Source of the DNA: an uncultured delta proteobacterium | GTDB taxonomy: Bacteria > Desulfobacterota > Binatia > UBA9968 | Reading direction: 5' to 3' | DNA: 64,000 nucleotides | Assembly (NCBI GenBank): GCA_963847445.1 | Contig: CAWJZV010000034.1 | Coordinates: forward strand, 160,001-224,000 | Part shown: positions 10,496 through 23,447 of the stretch, piece after piece | Numbering within the stretch: position 1 is the first letter of the stretch | How the letters are laid out: the number at the start of each line of letters is the position of its first letter | The notes under the pieces: generated by a model | The model's database searches: none | The model's input: the letters and a program-made list of their open reading frames with translations, nothing else | Told to the model about the DNA's origin: nothing | Position numbers and translations under genes: made by a program

Positions 10496-11588
10496 ATGTC
10501 GAAACCAGCAGATGCAGTCCGATAACGTGATGGATAATATCCCCTTTTACGATAAGTGGCAGTTGGGCGAGGGGATTCCGATCATGAAAACCTTTTTCGT
10601 CCAAGATCTAAAGAAAGTCGAACTCAAACCCTGGGCGCGGATCGGCGGCAGCGGCGCGTTTATCAACATGGAAGGCGCGGAAGGCGCCACCGGCGCCTAT
10701 GTCAGCGAAATTCCCGCCGGCAAAAAATTGAACCCGATGCGCCATCTCTACGAAGATTTGCATTTCGTCCTCAAGGGCCGCGGCGCGACGACGATCTGGA
10801 ACGACAAGGGCGTCAAGACGCAATTCGAATGGCACGATGGCAGCCTGTTCGCGTTGCCGCTCAATTGTACCTATCAGCACTTCAATGGTTCGGGCGACGA
10901 GCCGGCGCGATTTTTCTCGGTCAACAGCGCGCCCATCGTCTTCAACCTGTTTCACCATGAGGACTTTGTCTTCAACACGCCGCGGGATTTCACTGATCGT
11001 TTCGATGGCGACCCGGAATATTTTAGCGGCAAGGGCAAAGCCTATCCGGGCCGGGTCTGGGATACCAACTTCATCGCCGACGCGCGCAGCTTTGCGCTGG
11101 AAGATTGGGTCGAGCGCGGCGGCGGTGGCAAAAACGTCATGTTGGAAATGGCCAACGGTTCCATGGCCGCGCATATCTCGGAATTTCCGGTTGGCACCTA
11201 CAAGAAAGCCCATCGCCATGGTCCTGGCTTCAACGTCATCATCATCAAGGGCAAAGGTTTCTCGATGTTCTGGCGCCAGGGCGAGGAGCCGAAACGTTAC
11301 GATTGGCAGGATGGCAGCGTTTTCACACCGCCGGCGATGATGTGGCACCAGCACTTCAACACCGGCGCCACCGGGGCGCGCTACTTGCCGCCGCGTTTGG
11401 GCGGGATCAAGTACAGCCTGGGTGAGGGCTTTGGCGATATCACTAAAGTTGACAAGGACGTCAAAGCCGGCGGCAATCAAATCGAGTACTTCGACGAGGA
11501 CCCCAACATCCGCAAGATGTTCGAGGAAGAGCTCGCCAAGTCCGGCACGACGACCAAGATGGATCCGAATTTCTACAAGAGGCCTTAA
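10496..11588 (+). CDS. Bicupin protein (gentisate-dioxygenase-like fold); start frameshifted
   Basis: Two cupin repeats (RHLYED...PLNCTYQHFN; KKAHRHGPG...PAMMWHQHFN); ATG at 10496 after GGAGGA is out of frame with the 10512 ORF. Confidence 0.8.
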
Positions 11589-11613
11589 TCGTCATCGTTT
11601 ATTTTGGTTTATC

Positions 11614-11646
11614 AGCCCCGCAGGGTGATGCCCTGCGGGGCTTTTT
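11614..11646 (+). terminator. Rho-independent terminator
   Basis: agccccgcaggg-tgatg-ccctgcggggct followed by a T-tract. Confidence 0.85.
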
Positions 11647-11711
11647 GCATTGGGCGCGCAATTGAAGAAAATTCGTTGAGCCGCAATCGACGGTTGTGTT
11701 AGATTGAGCCA

Positions 11712-12134
11712 ATGACTGGTCGCTGTCGCCATTTTTCCCGCTGCTTGATGGTCATTGGATTCTTGGTGAGCGCCAATCGCGCCAGTGCGGCTGAAGCGGT
11801 TGGACAAAAAGCCACGGTGTCCGGAACGCCGGCGACCCAGGGAAACGGTGCCGCCAAAACCGCCGCACCAGCCGTTGCCAAAAGCGAAAAATCGCCGCCG
11901 GCAACGGCAACCGCCGCGCCGGTGGAAGTGGCCCGAACCACTCCGACGGATGGGAAATCGCCTTCCTTATTACAATTGCTTGAAGCCCATGAAACGGAAG
12001 TCAAGATCGCCTTAGCTGGTTGGCGGTGGTCGCTTTCGTCTTGGGCTGGGTTTGTGGCGGTCTCTACTCCGTCCGGCGCGAGCGCAAGTACCGGCGGCGC
12101 CTGCGTCTCTAGGCTAGCGCGCGGTCGCCTCTGA
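11712..12134 (+). CDS. Hypothetical exported/membrane protein, low-complexity Ala/Pro region, probably frameshifted near C-terminus
   Basis: Signal-peptide-like N-terminus; an alternative frame near 12020 gives a TM helix (LAVVAFVLGWVCGGLYSVRR). Confidence 0.5.
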   Translation: MTGRCRHFSRCLMVIGFLVSANRASAAEAVGQKATVSGTPATQGNGAAKTAAPAVAKSEKSPPATATAAPVEVARTTPTDGKSPSLLQLLEAHETEVKIALAGWRWSLSSWAGFVAVSTPSGASASTGGACVSRLARGRL

Positions 12135-12137
12135 CGC

Positions 12138-12735
12138 ATGGAAATCATCGCGCTAATTGTTTTTGCCTATCTACTCGGTTCGATCCCGACAGGCTATATT
12201 CTGGGCAAGATTGCCGGGGTTGATGTGCGCCAAGTGGGCAGCGGTAATGTCGGCGCGACCAATGTCGCGCGGGCGGTCGGCAAATGGCAGGGCGTTTTAA
12301 CTTTGCTGGCGGATGCAATGAAAGGCATGCTGCCGGCAGCGATCGGTCTTGCGATGATGCTACCATCGGCGGCGATCGCGGCACTCTCCGCCGCGGCCTT
12401 TCTCGGTCATCTCTATCCGATCTTTTTGAACTTTCGCGGCGGCAAAGGGGTGGCGACGGCACTAGGAGCGCTCTTGGTCATTGCGCCGCTGGCCGGTGTT
12501 ACTGTTGGTGGCAATCTTCGCTGCGGTGGTTTTTCCTACCCGCCTGGTGTCGTTGAGCTCGATCGTCGCAGCCGCCTCGGCCCCGTTCGCGCTCTGGCTG
12601 TTTTTACAGCCCCGAGCGATCGTCCTGCTGGGGGCTTTTCTTGCCGCGATGATCGTCTGGCGTCATCGCGGCAATATTCAGCGTTTACGAGCCGGTACCG
12701 AGCCGCGCTTTGACGCGCATTCAAGTTCTGATTAA
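12138..12735 (+). CDS. plsY: Glycerol-3-phosphate acyltransferase PlsY (frameshift ~12495)
   Basis: YLLGSIP, GSGNVGATN, GHLYP, GGKGVAT, then RHRGNIQRL...GTEPRF in a second frame. Confidence 0.93.
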
Positions 12736-13442
12736 TTTTCGATAATCACTTCGACGCGGCGATTCTGCTGCCGTCCGCTTTCGCTGTCGTTGCTCGCCAC
12801 CGGCGCGCGGGTGCCGACCCCCTGGGACGAAATGTTTCTGCCGTTGACACCGCTTCTCTCCAAGCTATCGGCCACGGTGGCGGCGCGCCGTTCCGATAAG
12901 CGCTGGTTGTAGGCTTCGGCGGCGGCGCTCTCCCGGCTGGCGTGGCCTTCGACGGTGATGCGGCGATTGGGCGCATCGCGGCGTATGATGTTGGCGATCT
13001 GATTGACTCGCTCGCGACCGTCGCGCGAGAGATCGGCGCTGTCAAATTCAAAATTGACGCTCGGCAAATTGACCATGACGCCGCGGCTGGTTTCCTTCGC
13101 TTCGATCTTATTTTTTTTCAGTTCTTCGATCAGCACGCGATTTTTCTCGAGTTCGGCTCTTTGCTGGTCAATGGATTTCTGTTGTTCCTTTTGGCGATTT
13201 TCCTGGCCCTGCAGCTGGTCGCCGATCAATGCACCAGTGCCCAAGCCTAACACGCCGCCGACAGCCGCACCGACGCCTGGATGGCCGATTGCAGCGCCAA
13301 TCAAGCCACCTGCGGCGGCACCGCCAAGTGCGCCAATGCCGGCGCCTTTTTCACGGGTGGTGATTTCACCGCCGGCACAGCCCGACAGGACTGCGGCGAC
13401 CAATAGTAGTGCGTTTGTGGATAGTCGATTGGTATTTTTCAT
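12732..13442 (-). CDS. OmpA-family lipoprotein with glycine zipper
   Basis: Lipobox LSGC, glycine zipper, FEFDSADL, VEGH, NQRLSERRA, NRRVEV. Confidence 0.92.
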   Translation of the reverse strand: MKNTNRLSTNALLLVAAVLSGCAGGEITTREKGAGIGALGGAAAGGLIGAAIGHPGVGAAVGGVLGLGTGALIGDQLQGQENRQKEQQKSIDQQRAELEKNRVLIEELKKNKIEAKETSRGVMVNLPSVNFEFDSADLSRDGRERVNQIANIIRRDAPNRRITVEGHASRESAAAEAYNQRLSERRAATVADSLERSGVNGRNISSQGVGTRAPVASNDSESGRQQNRRVEVIIEN

Positions 13443-13569
13443 AATTCCTCCTCGGCCTTCTGCTATGTAGCCTTCGGCCGTCTCTGGTTAGACGTACTGA
13501 AACGATAAATAGATAAGCGGCGGTCGGCAACTTTCTACGATTGTCCTCGATATACGCTTTAGCGCTAAC

Positions 13570-13745
13570 TCAGTATTTGCCCTGGCGGCGGTATTTTTCG
13601 CTCGTCGCGTTTTTGCCGCGCTATTGCCGTGGCGTCGATTGGGCGCTGCGCATCGCGCTTGTTTGGCCTCTGGGCCTTGGAGCTGATTGCCGATCAAGGT
13701 AGCGGCGCCCAGCCCTAAAGCGCCGCCGACCGCCGCGCCGGGAAT
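13570..13745 (-). pseudogene. Degenerate glycine-zipper gene fragment paralogous to the adjacent OmpA N-terminus
   Basis: PGAAVGGALGLGAATLIGNQLQGPEAKQ versus OmpA PGVGAAVGGVLGLGTGALIGDQLQGQENRQ; no signal peptide or clean start. Confidence 0.6.
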
Positions 13746-14000
13746 TGAGCAGCATAGCTGCAATAAACAATATGCCAACCGGTTTATTGAACCTCCTGCC
13801 TGGACGGATCGGGTGTATTGGCAGTAACTACCGGTAAATATTAGCAAACAGCCGCAAATGCAGCAAGCGAACAGTGAGCGATTCACGGGACTTTCAGAGA
13901 ATTCGTCGGCAGTTGACGGCGCGATTGGCTGGATTAAGGTCACGTTATTGACCTCATAGACCTTATAGGTCTATAGTTCCTTCGCGTCGAGAGGAACCTC

Positions 14001-15104
14001 GTGGAAAATATTTCGCAAGAACAAATCATTGAAGCGTTGCGCAACGTCCAAGACCCCGAACTTCACCGCGATATCGTCAGCCTGGGGATGGTCAAAGAAC
14101 TCGCCATCGACAACGGCCGAGTGCGTTTTACCGTGGAATTGACCACGCCGGCCTGTCCGCTGCGCGAAACCATTGAAACCGATTGTAAAAAGGCTTTGAG
14201 CGCGATCCCCGGCATCACCGGCCTGGAGATAAACTTCGGTGCCCAAGTGCGCGGCAGCAAGGCCGGCGCCGGGCAAACCGATTTACTGCCGACGGTTAAA
14301 AATGTCGTCCTGGTGGCGGCGGGAAAGGGCGGTGTCGGCAAATCGACGGTTGCGGCTAATCTGGCTGTGGCGCTACATATGCTCGGCGCCAAGGCCGGGC
14401 TGCTCGACGCCGACATTTACGGGCCATCGGTGCCGATCATCATGGGCGTCAAAGGCGAGCCGAAAAAAATCGAAGTTGGCGGTGTCCAAAAAATCGAACC
14501 GACGATGGCCCATGGCGTCCCGGTGATGTCCATCGGCTTTTTTCTCGATGCCGATCAGGCGGTGATTTGGCGCGGGCCGATGCTCGGCAAGGCGTTGCAC
14601 CAACTGATGGGCGACGTGCATTGGGGCGAGTTGGATTATCTGGTCGTCGATATGCCTCCAGGCACCGGCGATGTGCAAATTACTTTTTCGCAACAGCTCA
14701 AGGTGAGCGGCGCCCTGTTGGTGGCGACGCCGCAACATGTCGCCCTGGCCGATGTCGTGCGGGCGAAATCGATGTTCGACAAGGTGATGATTCCGATCGT
14801 CGGACTGGTCGAGAATATGAGCTATTTCATCTGCGATGGCTGTAACAAGGAACATGATATTTTTTCCCGCGGCGGCGCCAAACAGGCGGCCGAACGCTTT
14901 CATATTCCCTTTCTCGGCGAGATTCCGATCACGCCGGCGCTGCGCCAGGGCGGCGACGAAGGCGTGCCGATCTTGATTCAGGATCCAAACTCGCCGGTGA
15001 GCAAGAGTTTTCTCGATATCGCCGGCAAATTGGCCGGGCAACTGTCGATCGCCGCCGAACGCGGCAACAAGGGTCAGGGACCGACGATCATTACCACGCA
15101 TTGA
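14001..15104 (+). CDS. apbC: Mrp/NBP35 Fe-S carrier ATPase with N-terminal DUF59
   Basis: DPEL...TTPACP, GKGGVGKS, DADIYGPS, WRGPM, DMPPGTGD, ENMSYFICDGC. Confidence 0.95.
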   Translation: MENISQEQIIEALRNVQDPELHRDIVSLGMVKELAIDNGRVRFTVELTTPACPLRETIETDCKKALSAIPGITGLEINFGAQVRGSKAGAGQTDLLPTVKNVVLVAAGKGGVGKSTVAANLAVALHMLGAKAGLLDADIYGPSVPIIMGVKGEPKKIEVGGVQKIEPTMAHGVPVMSIGFFLDADQAVIWRGPMLGKALHQLMGDVHWGELDYLVVDMPPGTGDVQITFSQQLKVSGALLVATPQHVALADVVRAKSMFDKVMIPIVGLVENMSYFICDGCNKEHDIFSRGGAKQAAERFHIPFLGEIPITPALRQGGDEGVPILIQDPNSPVSKSFLDIAGKLAGQLSIAAERGNKGQGPTIITTH

Positions 15105-15152
15105 AGCGTGGTTAGGAGGTATTGGCAACCGCTCGCCAAGAGGAGAACTAGC

Positions 15153-15452
15153 ATGATTACCAAAGAACAGGTTTACGAAGCCTTGCATGAATGTTTCGAC
15201 CCGGAGATTCCCGTCAACATTGTCGATTTCGGATTGGTCTACGATGTCGAGGTGACTGATGACAAGGTCGCCGTCAAGATGACGCTGACCGCGCCGGGTT
15301 GCGGCATGGGCGGGATGATCGCGGCGGACGCCAAGGAGAAAATCATGGCCCTCGAAGGGGTCAGCGATGCCACAGTCGATCTGGTCTGGGAGCCGGCGTG
15401 GAATCCGAGCATGATCGCCGAGGAAGCCAAGCAGCGTCTCGGCATCGTCTGA
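15153..15452 (+). CDS. SufT/DUF59 metal-sulfur cluster assembly factor
   Basis: DPEIPVNIVDFGLVY, MTLTAPGCGMG, LVWEPAW; AGGAGA RBS. Confidence 0.9.
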   Translation: MITKEQVYEALHECFDPEIPVNIVDFGLVYDVEVTDDKVAVKMTLTAPGCGMGGMIAADAKEKIMALEGVSDATVDLVWEPAWNPSMIAEEAKQRLGIV

Positions 15453-15491
15453 ATCATCGGTAGTGACTCGCGTTAGCAGCTGATTTTGTCC

Positions 15492-16779
15492 ATGGACGAC
15501 AAACCACGAGTTCGCGCCATCGAAGCGTTTCCCGTCCAACAAGACGGCAAGACTCTCATCTATCTCAAAGACCCGCTCAATTTTGCCACGCCCCTGGGAA
15601 TATCCCCGGTAGGTTATTTTCTTTTAGCCCATTTCGATGGCCGCCATGCTTATAGCGATCTTTGCGAGGTATTCGAGCAACGATTTCGCGCGCCGCTGGC
15701 GCACGCGGAGTTCGATCAATTCGTCGCCATGCTCGATCAACACTATTATTTAAAAAGCGCGCGCTTTGAGCAATTCCAGCAATCTGTGATCGCCGAGTTT
15801 CGCGCTCGGCCCAGGCGCGCGCCGGCCCATGTCGGCGGTGGTTACAAGAGCGATCCGGTAGGACTGACAGCGCAGCTCGATAGTTATTTTGTCGCGCCCA
15901 GCGGTCCTGGACTGCCGTCGGTATCTAGCGGCGCGTCCATGCGAGACGCCCAAAGCGCCCAAAGCAATTGTCGCGCCGCACATCGATTTTCACCGTGGCG
16001 GCCCGGCCTACGCATGGGCTTACAAGCCGTTGGCTGAAAGTCCCGGCGCCGATCTCTATATTATCCTCGGCACGTCCCATTGTGGCGGCCAGACGCCTTA
16101 CATTCTCACCCGTAAAAGTTTTGAAACGCCGCTCGGCTTGGTCGAAACTGACGGCGAGTTCGTCGAGCAGTTACAGTCGCAGTGCGCCGAGGACTGTTTC
16201 ACCGACGAGTTTCTTCATCGCGGCGAGCATTCCATCGAGTTCCAGGTACTCTTCTTGAAATACATCGCGCAGAAACGCGCGGCGCTCACGGGCGAACCGG
16301 AAAAGCCGTTTAAGATCGTGCCGATCTTGGTTTCGTCATTTCACCCGATGATGGTAAGTCTGACGCCGCCGGAAGAGACCCCGGCGGTGGGCGATTTCTT
16401 GCGCGCGCTGCGCCAGTTAGCCCAACAAGAGGCGCGGCAAGTTTGTTTCGTCGCCGGCGTCGATCTCGCTCATGTCGGCAAACAGTTTGGCGACGAGGAG
16501 CCGGTCACGGATGACTTTCTCAAATGGGTCGAGGCGGAAGATCGCCAGCTGGTCGATCGTTTAAGCGCCTTGGATGCGCCGGGTTTTTTCCACGAGATTG
16601 CCAAAGACGAGGACAAACGCAAGATCTGCGGCTTCTCTCCGCTCTATTCACTGATTCATCTGCTCGACGGCGAGCGCGGTCATCATCTCCACTACGGGCA
16701 GGCGTTCACGCCGGAGACCGGTTCGGCGGTGACGTTTACCAGTCTGATCTTCAAGGGAGCAGACGAGACAGAGAACTGA
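15492..16779 (+). CDS. AmmeMemoRadiSam protein B (MEMO1 family) with N-terminal extension; frameshift ~15935
   Basis: APHIDFHRG, ILGTSH, FETPLG, EHSIEFQ, DLAHVG, KICG motifs. Confidence 0.85.
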
Positions 16780-16836
16780 GATAGAGACAGTGATTTCGCA
16801 TCATGTCTTTTTTGTCTCAACTCTCTGGTCTCTCTT
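16759..16836. repeat. Imperfect purine-rich inverted repeat
   Basis: agacgagacagagaactgagatagagaca ... tgtctcaactctctggtctctct; similar left arm near 54560-54595. Confidence 0.45.
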
Positions 16837-17303
16837 CACCGTAGGATGGGTCGAGGCGTTGCGCCGATTCCCATTCGTCCGGTTGGTGACTCTGAAGTTG
16901 CTGGCGTTGTATTTGGGCGCCGATCTGGTCATCAGGCCGTTGCCGTAGGTGAGGGAGTCTCTGCGGGCATCGAGCGTTGCATGGAACGTCGTTCACGTAG
17001 CCCGGCACGGAGTTCAATCGGCGCAACGTTGGCAAATAAAATCTTTGTGAAGTAGTTAGGATACGGAGTAGATGATCGGCGATCGTCCGTCATGAAGATA
17101 ACTGAACCGTTGGTCCGGGCTAGGGACGGTGAATTCGCTCCGTAACCACAGCAAATCGCTCGTTAGTGAGCAATCTTTTTTGCGTGAAATATGGCTCTGG
17201 GGCGATTGTAAGTTTCGCAGAGATTCCGCCGCACAAATGTTCCTCCGCGGGACCTAGACAATGCCCCCTAAACGGCGATAAGATGCCTTTCGGTTTCAAA
17301 GTT

Positions 17304-20300
17304 ATGGGACAGGAAGAATATCAAGAGCTCTCCTCGTTCCTGAAGCGCTTCAGCCGGCGCTTCAAGCTGCTCCGAGGGATCGAGGGTATCTGCCTCACGG
17401 CGATTTGCGCCGTGCTGCTGTTCGGCGCCGGTCTCGGCATCTACCAACTGCGGCAGCTCTTGCCCTATGCGCCGCTGGCCTACTCCATTTTAACTGGAAT
17501 TGTTCTTCTCGCTGCCATCGGTTGGACCCTCTTTCGCTTTCTCGGCCGCTTATCGCAGGAGCGAGCGGCGCTCTATATCGAACAGCAGCAGCCCAAACTG
17601 CGCAACAATCTAATTAACTCGCTGCAACTCTATCCCCAGGTCGCCGAGGCGAAGAATACTCCCGGCTTCTCGTCGACGATGGTGTTTGCGCTCTTGCGCG
17701 CGACCCGCAAGCAGGTGGCGGCGCTGAAAATCGACGAACTGCTCGATCACCGCCGGATTCGCTCCAGCGCCAGGCTGCTGGTGTTTCTCATTCTGCCGGT
17801 GTTGGCGACGGTATTTCTCAATCCGTCCTGGGTCGGCGGGACATTGAATATGTTGGCGAACCCGCTCGACCATCTGCCACCGAGTCAGACAACTATTGAA
17901 GTTGAACCCAAGGGCATGCGTGTCGTGCGCGGCAGCCCGGTGACGATCCAGGCCGCCACCGGCGGCGCGCTGCCGCAGTCTCTGGAACTGATCACCTGGC
18001 AAGGCAGCAATGCCAAAGGCGAGCTCATCGGCCAGGAAAAGACCGCCATGGAAAATCTTGGCGGCGGCAAGTTCAGCTGGAAAATCGCCCGCCTCGACAA
18101 AACCCTGCGCTACCGCGCGGTGACCGGCGCGTTCACTTCGGCCACCTTCACCGCCGAAGCGGTGGACACGCCGGAGATCGCCAATGTTCAGCTCATGCTC
18201 TATCCGCCGGCCTACACCGGTCTGGCGTCGATCTCGTCGCCGGAAGGCAGCATCGAAGGACTCAAGGGCTCGTCGCTGCGCCTCGATGCGGTCACCACCA
18301 AGGATGTCGTCAAGGCCGAGATCGTCATGGACGACGGCAAGAAGATCCCGCTCAAGATCGATGGCCGGAAGCTGCAAGCGAATCTGGTGCTGTTTCAGTC
18401 CCAGTCCTACCGCATTCAGGTCGAGGACAGTCATGGCTTTAAGAATTCGCCGATCAGCTACGAACTGCGCGTCAAGCCCGATGGTTTTCCTACCGTCGAC
18501 CTGCTCCGGCCGACGGAAGATTTGGAAATCAACGGCGACGAGGTTTTGAATTTAGAATACAGCGCGCGCGACGATTTCGGCATCGGCGAGATCAATCTGA
18601 TCGTCAAGATCGGCGAACGCGAAGATAAGATCCGTCTCGCCAGGGACGATTCCAAGCGGCTGATCCTGCGCGATCAATATAAGATGGATTTGGGCCGACT
18701 CGGCCTGCGCGACCAAGACGACGCGCTGTTTTTCCTGCAAGTTTTCGACAACGACACCATCTCCGGCCCCAAACTGGGCACCTCGAAGTCGATCCGCTTG
18801 AAGCTCAAGAATCTGAAAGGCGAACATCAGCAGATCGCCGAGATGGTCAAAGACTTGAACACGCGCATGATGAATCTCCTGGCCGATCATCTAGAAACGC
18901 CCAATCCGGGTGACAAGCCGACGGCGCAGTCGAAAGAAATGGAACAACGCTTCGAGCAAAACTTGGCCGACGCCGCCAAGCGCACCGAAGAGATCATGCG
19001 CCGCACGGAAAAAGACCGCATGACGGACTTCGCCACCTATTCCGATCTCCAGGCGCTCAAGCGCAATCTCGACTTCACCAAGGACGATCTTTTGCGCAAG
19101 CAAGAGCAAGCCGCCAACGCCGACGACAAGCTCAAGAGCGCGCGACGAGATATCGTCCGAGCTCGAGCGCATGTCGCTGTTGTCCGAGGACATCGGCAAG
19201 CGCATGAAAGCCCAAGAGCTCGCTTCGACGGCGCAGGATCTGGCGCGCAACCAAGAGCGGCTGATGGATTCCCTCGACAAGCTGCAAAGCGGCGACAAGA
19301 ATCTCGACGCGATCATGAAGCAGATCGCCGATCTGGCGAAATCGCTGATGGAGTTGCAGCAGGCGATGGCGCAGCTGGCGCAGCAGATGCCCGACGATTT
19401 CATGAATGCCGAGCAGATGCAGGGGCTCGGCATGGACGAGATGTTCAAGGCCCTCGACGAGATCCGCAAAAAACTCCAGGCCGGCGACATCGAGGGCGCG
19501 CGCCAGTTGGCGCGCGAGCTGTTCAATCAAATGGCGCAAATGGTCGCGGCGATGCAGAACATGCAGCGCTCGCAGATGGCCTCGAGCATGGGGCGCATGC
19601 AGGGCGAAATGCAGCGCCAGACCAACGAGCTCCAAGAGATCGCCCGCGAGCAGCAGGAGATTTTGGTCAAGACCGAGAATCTTAATAGCGCCGGCCTCAC
19701 CGAACGCGACGCCGCGCTAAAATCGAAGCTGGAACAGTTCCTGGCGCGCTCCATCGCCGAGTTGGGCAAACTCACCGAGCTGTTTCCCGACCGCGAGGGG
19801 CCCGACGATCCCAACCTGCTGACCAATTTGGACGACGCCACCATGAACGCGCTGTTGCGCAACTTGATCGCCAAGTTGAGCCAGAAGGATTTCCCCGGCT
19901 TCAACGAAGGCGACGGCTATATCCGCAAGGAGCTGGCGAAAAAGCGCACGCCGGTGCAGGAGCCCAAAGCGCAGCGGGCGGACAAAAGCATCGGCGACAT
20001 CAAGAATGAGCTGGACAAACTGCTCAACGAACCGGCGCAAGCCTTGAGCGACGCCGATAAACGCGCGTTGCGCGAACTGGCCCAACGCGAGGACGTTTTG
20101 AAGGAACGGACCGAGACGCTGCATGAAAAGCTGGAATCGCTGTTTCAGCTCTTCCCCCAACTCGATCCCAAGATCGTCCAGGGCATCGGCGAAGCCGGCA
20201 AGGCGATGGGCAGCGCCCAGGGCCGCTTAGGCCAGCTCGACTCCCGCGGCGCGGTGCCGCCGGAGCGCCGGCATTGGAACGGTTGGCCCAGTCACAGCAG

Positions 20301-20624
20301 CAGATGCAGCAGTCGATGCAGCAAATGGCCCAGCGCGGGCAGATGGGCAATATGCCGATGACCCGCTTGTTCCGCCAGGGTGGGCCGGGCCGCTTCTTGC
20401 CGTTCGGCAGCCTGACGCCGCTGCCGGGCATGCCGCAATTCCCCGAGTTCGACTTTGAACAGGGCTTCACCGGGCTCGACACGGAAAAGTTCCGCCTGCC
20501 CGGCAAAGAAGAATACAAAGCACCGCGCAACTTCCGCGAAGAGATTCTCGACTCTCTCAAGCAGGGCGTGCCTCGGCAGATGAAAGAGCAGATCGAGCGC
20601 TATTTCAAAAATCTTTCCGAGTGA
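17304..20624 (+). CDS. DUF4175-like membrane-anchored coiled-coil protein (frameshifts ~19135, ~20270)
   Basis: N-terminal TMs, YPPAYTG, YSARDDFGI, DNDTISGPK, long Q/M-rich coiled coil, C-terminal FREEILDSLK...YFKNL. Confidence 0.78.
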
Positions 20625-20634
20625 TCGCCGCTTG

Positions 20635-22221
20635 ATGTACCGAATCGCGCCGTTTCTCATCTTCGCCTGTTTATTGGCCGGGCCAGCTCTACGGCGCCGA
20701 AGCCGAACGCGAATTCAAAGCCGGCGAAGAGATCCTTGAAGCCTGGCGCTTCGCCGACGCCGAAGCGATCGCCGCCAAGGCGCTCAAGGACAATCCCAAG
20801 TCCGCCGCCGCCCTGGAGTTCGACGGCCGGATCAAGTTTTACCAAGGCCGCTACCAAGAAGCGCTGACCGTTCTCGACCGCGCCCTGGCGGTTGATTCGA
20901 AGGATCCGCGGCGCCAGGCGATGAAGCTGCTCACCCAGCTGACCCTCGACGTTCATAAGTCGTTCAAACGTCACGAGAGCGCCCATTTCATTCTGTTCGT
21001 CGACGACAAGCGCGACGGCATCCTGGTGCCCCACGCCCTGGACGCCCTGGAAAAAACCTACGAAGCGATCGGCGCCGAACTGGGCTACTTTCCCAAGGAA
21101 AAGGTCCGCGTCGAGGTTGCGCCGGACGCGACCAGTTTCAACGCCATCTCGACGCTGTCGCTTGCGCGACATCGAAGAGACCGGCGCCGTCGGCATCTGC
21201 AAGTTCAACAAACTGATGATCATCTCGCCGCGGGCGCTGAGCTTCGGCTACCGCTGGGTCGATTCGCTGAGCCACGAGTATCTGCACTACGCCATCGTCT
21301 CCTTGTCGAACAACCAAGCGCCGATCTGGCTGCACGAGGGCATGGCGCGCTTTTACGAAACCCGCTGGCGCAAGCCGGCGCCGGCCAAAGAGGCCGCATG
21401 AGGATTATCTGACTCCGGCCAATCAAACCTTGCTGGTGCAGGCGCTGGAGAAAAATCAATTCGTCGGTTTCAAGAAAATGGAGCCGTCGCTGATCCACTT
21501 GGACACGCCGGAACAGGTGCAGCTGGCCTACGCCGAAGCCGCTTCCGCGGTCGACTTTATCAATCAGAGCAAGGGCAAAGCCGGCGTGCGCGAACTGCTC
21601 GCCACGCTCAAAGACAAACCGACGCCCGAAGCGGTGGAAAAAGTCTACGGCATGGCCTTCGACGCCTTCGAAACCAAGTGGAAGGCATTTCTCAAAGCCA
21701 AGGGATTGAAGCCGATCGAAGGCACGCGCGTGCGCAGGCTTAGGGTCAAGAAAGACCAGCGCGAAGATGAAGAAGTCGTCGAGCTGCGCGAGATTCAATC
21801 CGCCATCGCGCGCAACCGCACCCATCTGGCCGACCAGATGCTCGCCAAGGGCCGCCCGGTGGCGGCTGCTCAACGAATACCAGCGCGCCTTGCAAGCGAG
21901 CCCGCAGTCGCCGGTGATCCTGAACAAACTCGGCCGCGTCATGATCGAACAAAATCGCGCCGATGAAGCCGTCGAGCCTGTTGAAGAAAGCCCTCGACAT
22001 CGATCCGGACAGCTCCAGCACCTACGTGCAATTGGGACGCGGCTATCACGCGACGAAAAACTTCACGGAAGCTCGCACCGTCCTCGAAGAAGCGATCCAA
22101 TTGAATCCGTTTCATCCGCTGATCTATCGTTTACTCACCGAAGTCTACGCCGCCCTCGGCGACGCCGAAAAGGCGCGCCAGGCGAAAATCACATTGGAGA
22201 GCCTCGCGGCGCGCCAATTAA
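20635..22221 (+). CDS. Secreted TPR protein with peptidase MA-like (gluzincin) domain, several frameshifts
   Basis: Signal peptide, TPR helices, HEYLH...PIWLHEG, LAYAEA, C-terminal TPRs (AIQLNPFHP). Confidence 0.8.
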
Positions 22222-22248
22222 TTTGCAAAGGAAGCATCGCAGCCCATC

Positions 22249-23281
<1,033 letters not shown>

Positions 23282-23291
23282 CGCGCGCCGC

Positions 23292-23371
23292 CAATTGCAA
23301 ATTACAGATTCAAGATTCCAAATTGGCCGAATTCTTTGAATCTGGAATATGGAATCTGTAATTTGGAATTG
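23292..23371. repeat. AT-rich palindrome built of heptamer units
   Basis: caattgcaaattacagattc versus gaatctgtaatttggaattg (19/20 complementary). Confidence 0.75.
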
Positions 23372-23447
23372 CCGTGGTAGAGAACTCGAGAATTGAAAAT
23401 GGCCGTGGCAATTTGCCATTCACGGTCCTCGACGAGTAATCTGCCAC

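Noticed and set aside
14373-15542. Long antisense and alternate-frame ORFs (this one, 36456-37496, 47306-48451, 60883-61734 and others)
   Set aside because: Shadow ORFs of well-supported genes in GC-rich DNA, with no motifs
16817-17300. Short ORFs in the MEMO-DUF4175 spacer
   Set aside because: No RBS, motif or coding bias that I could support
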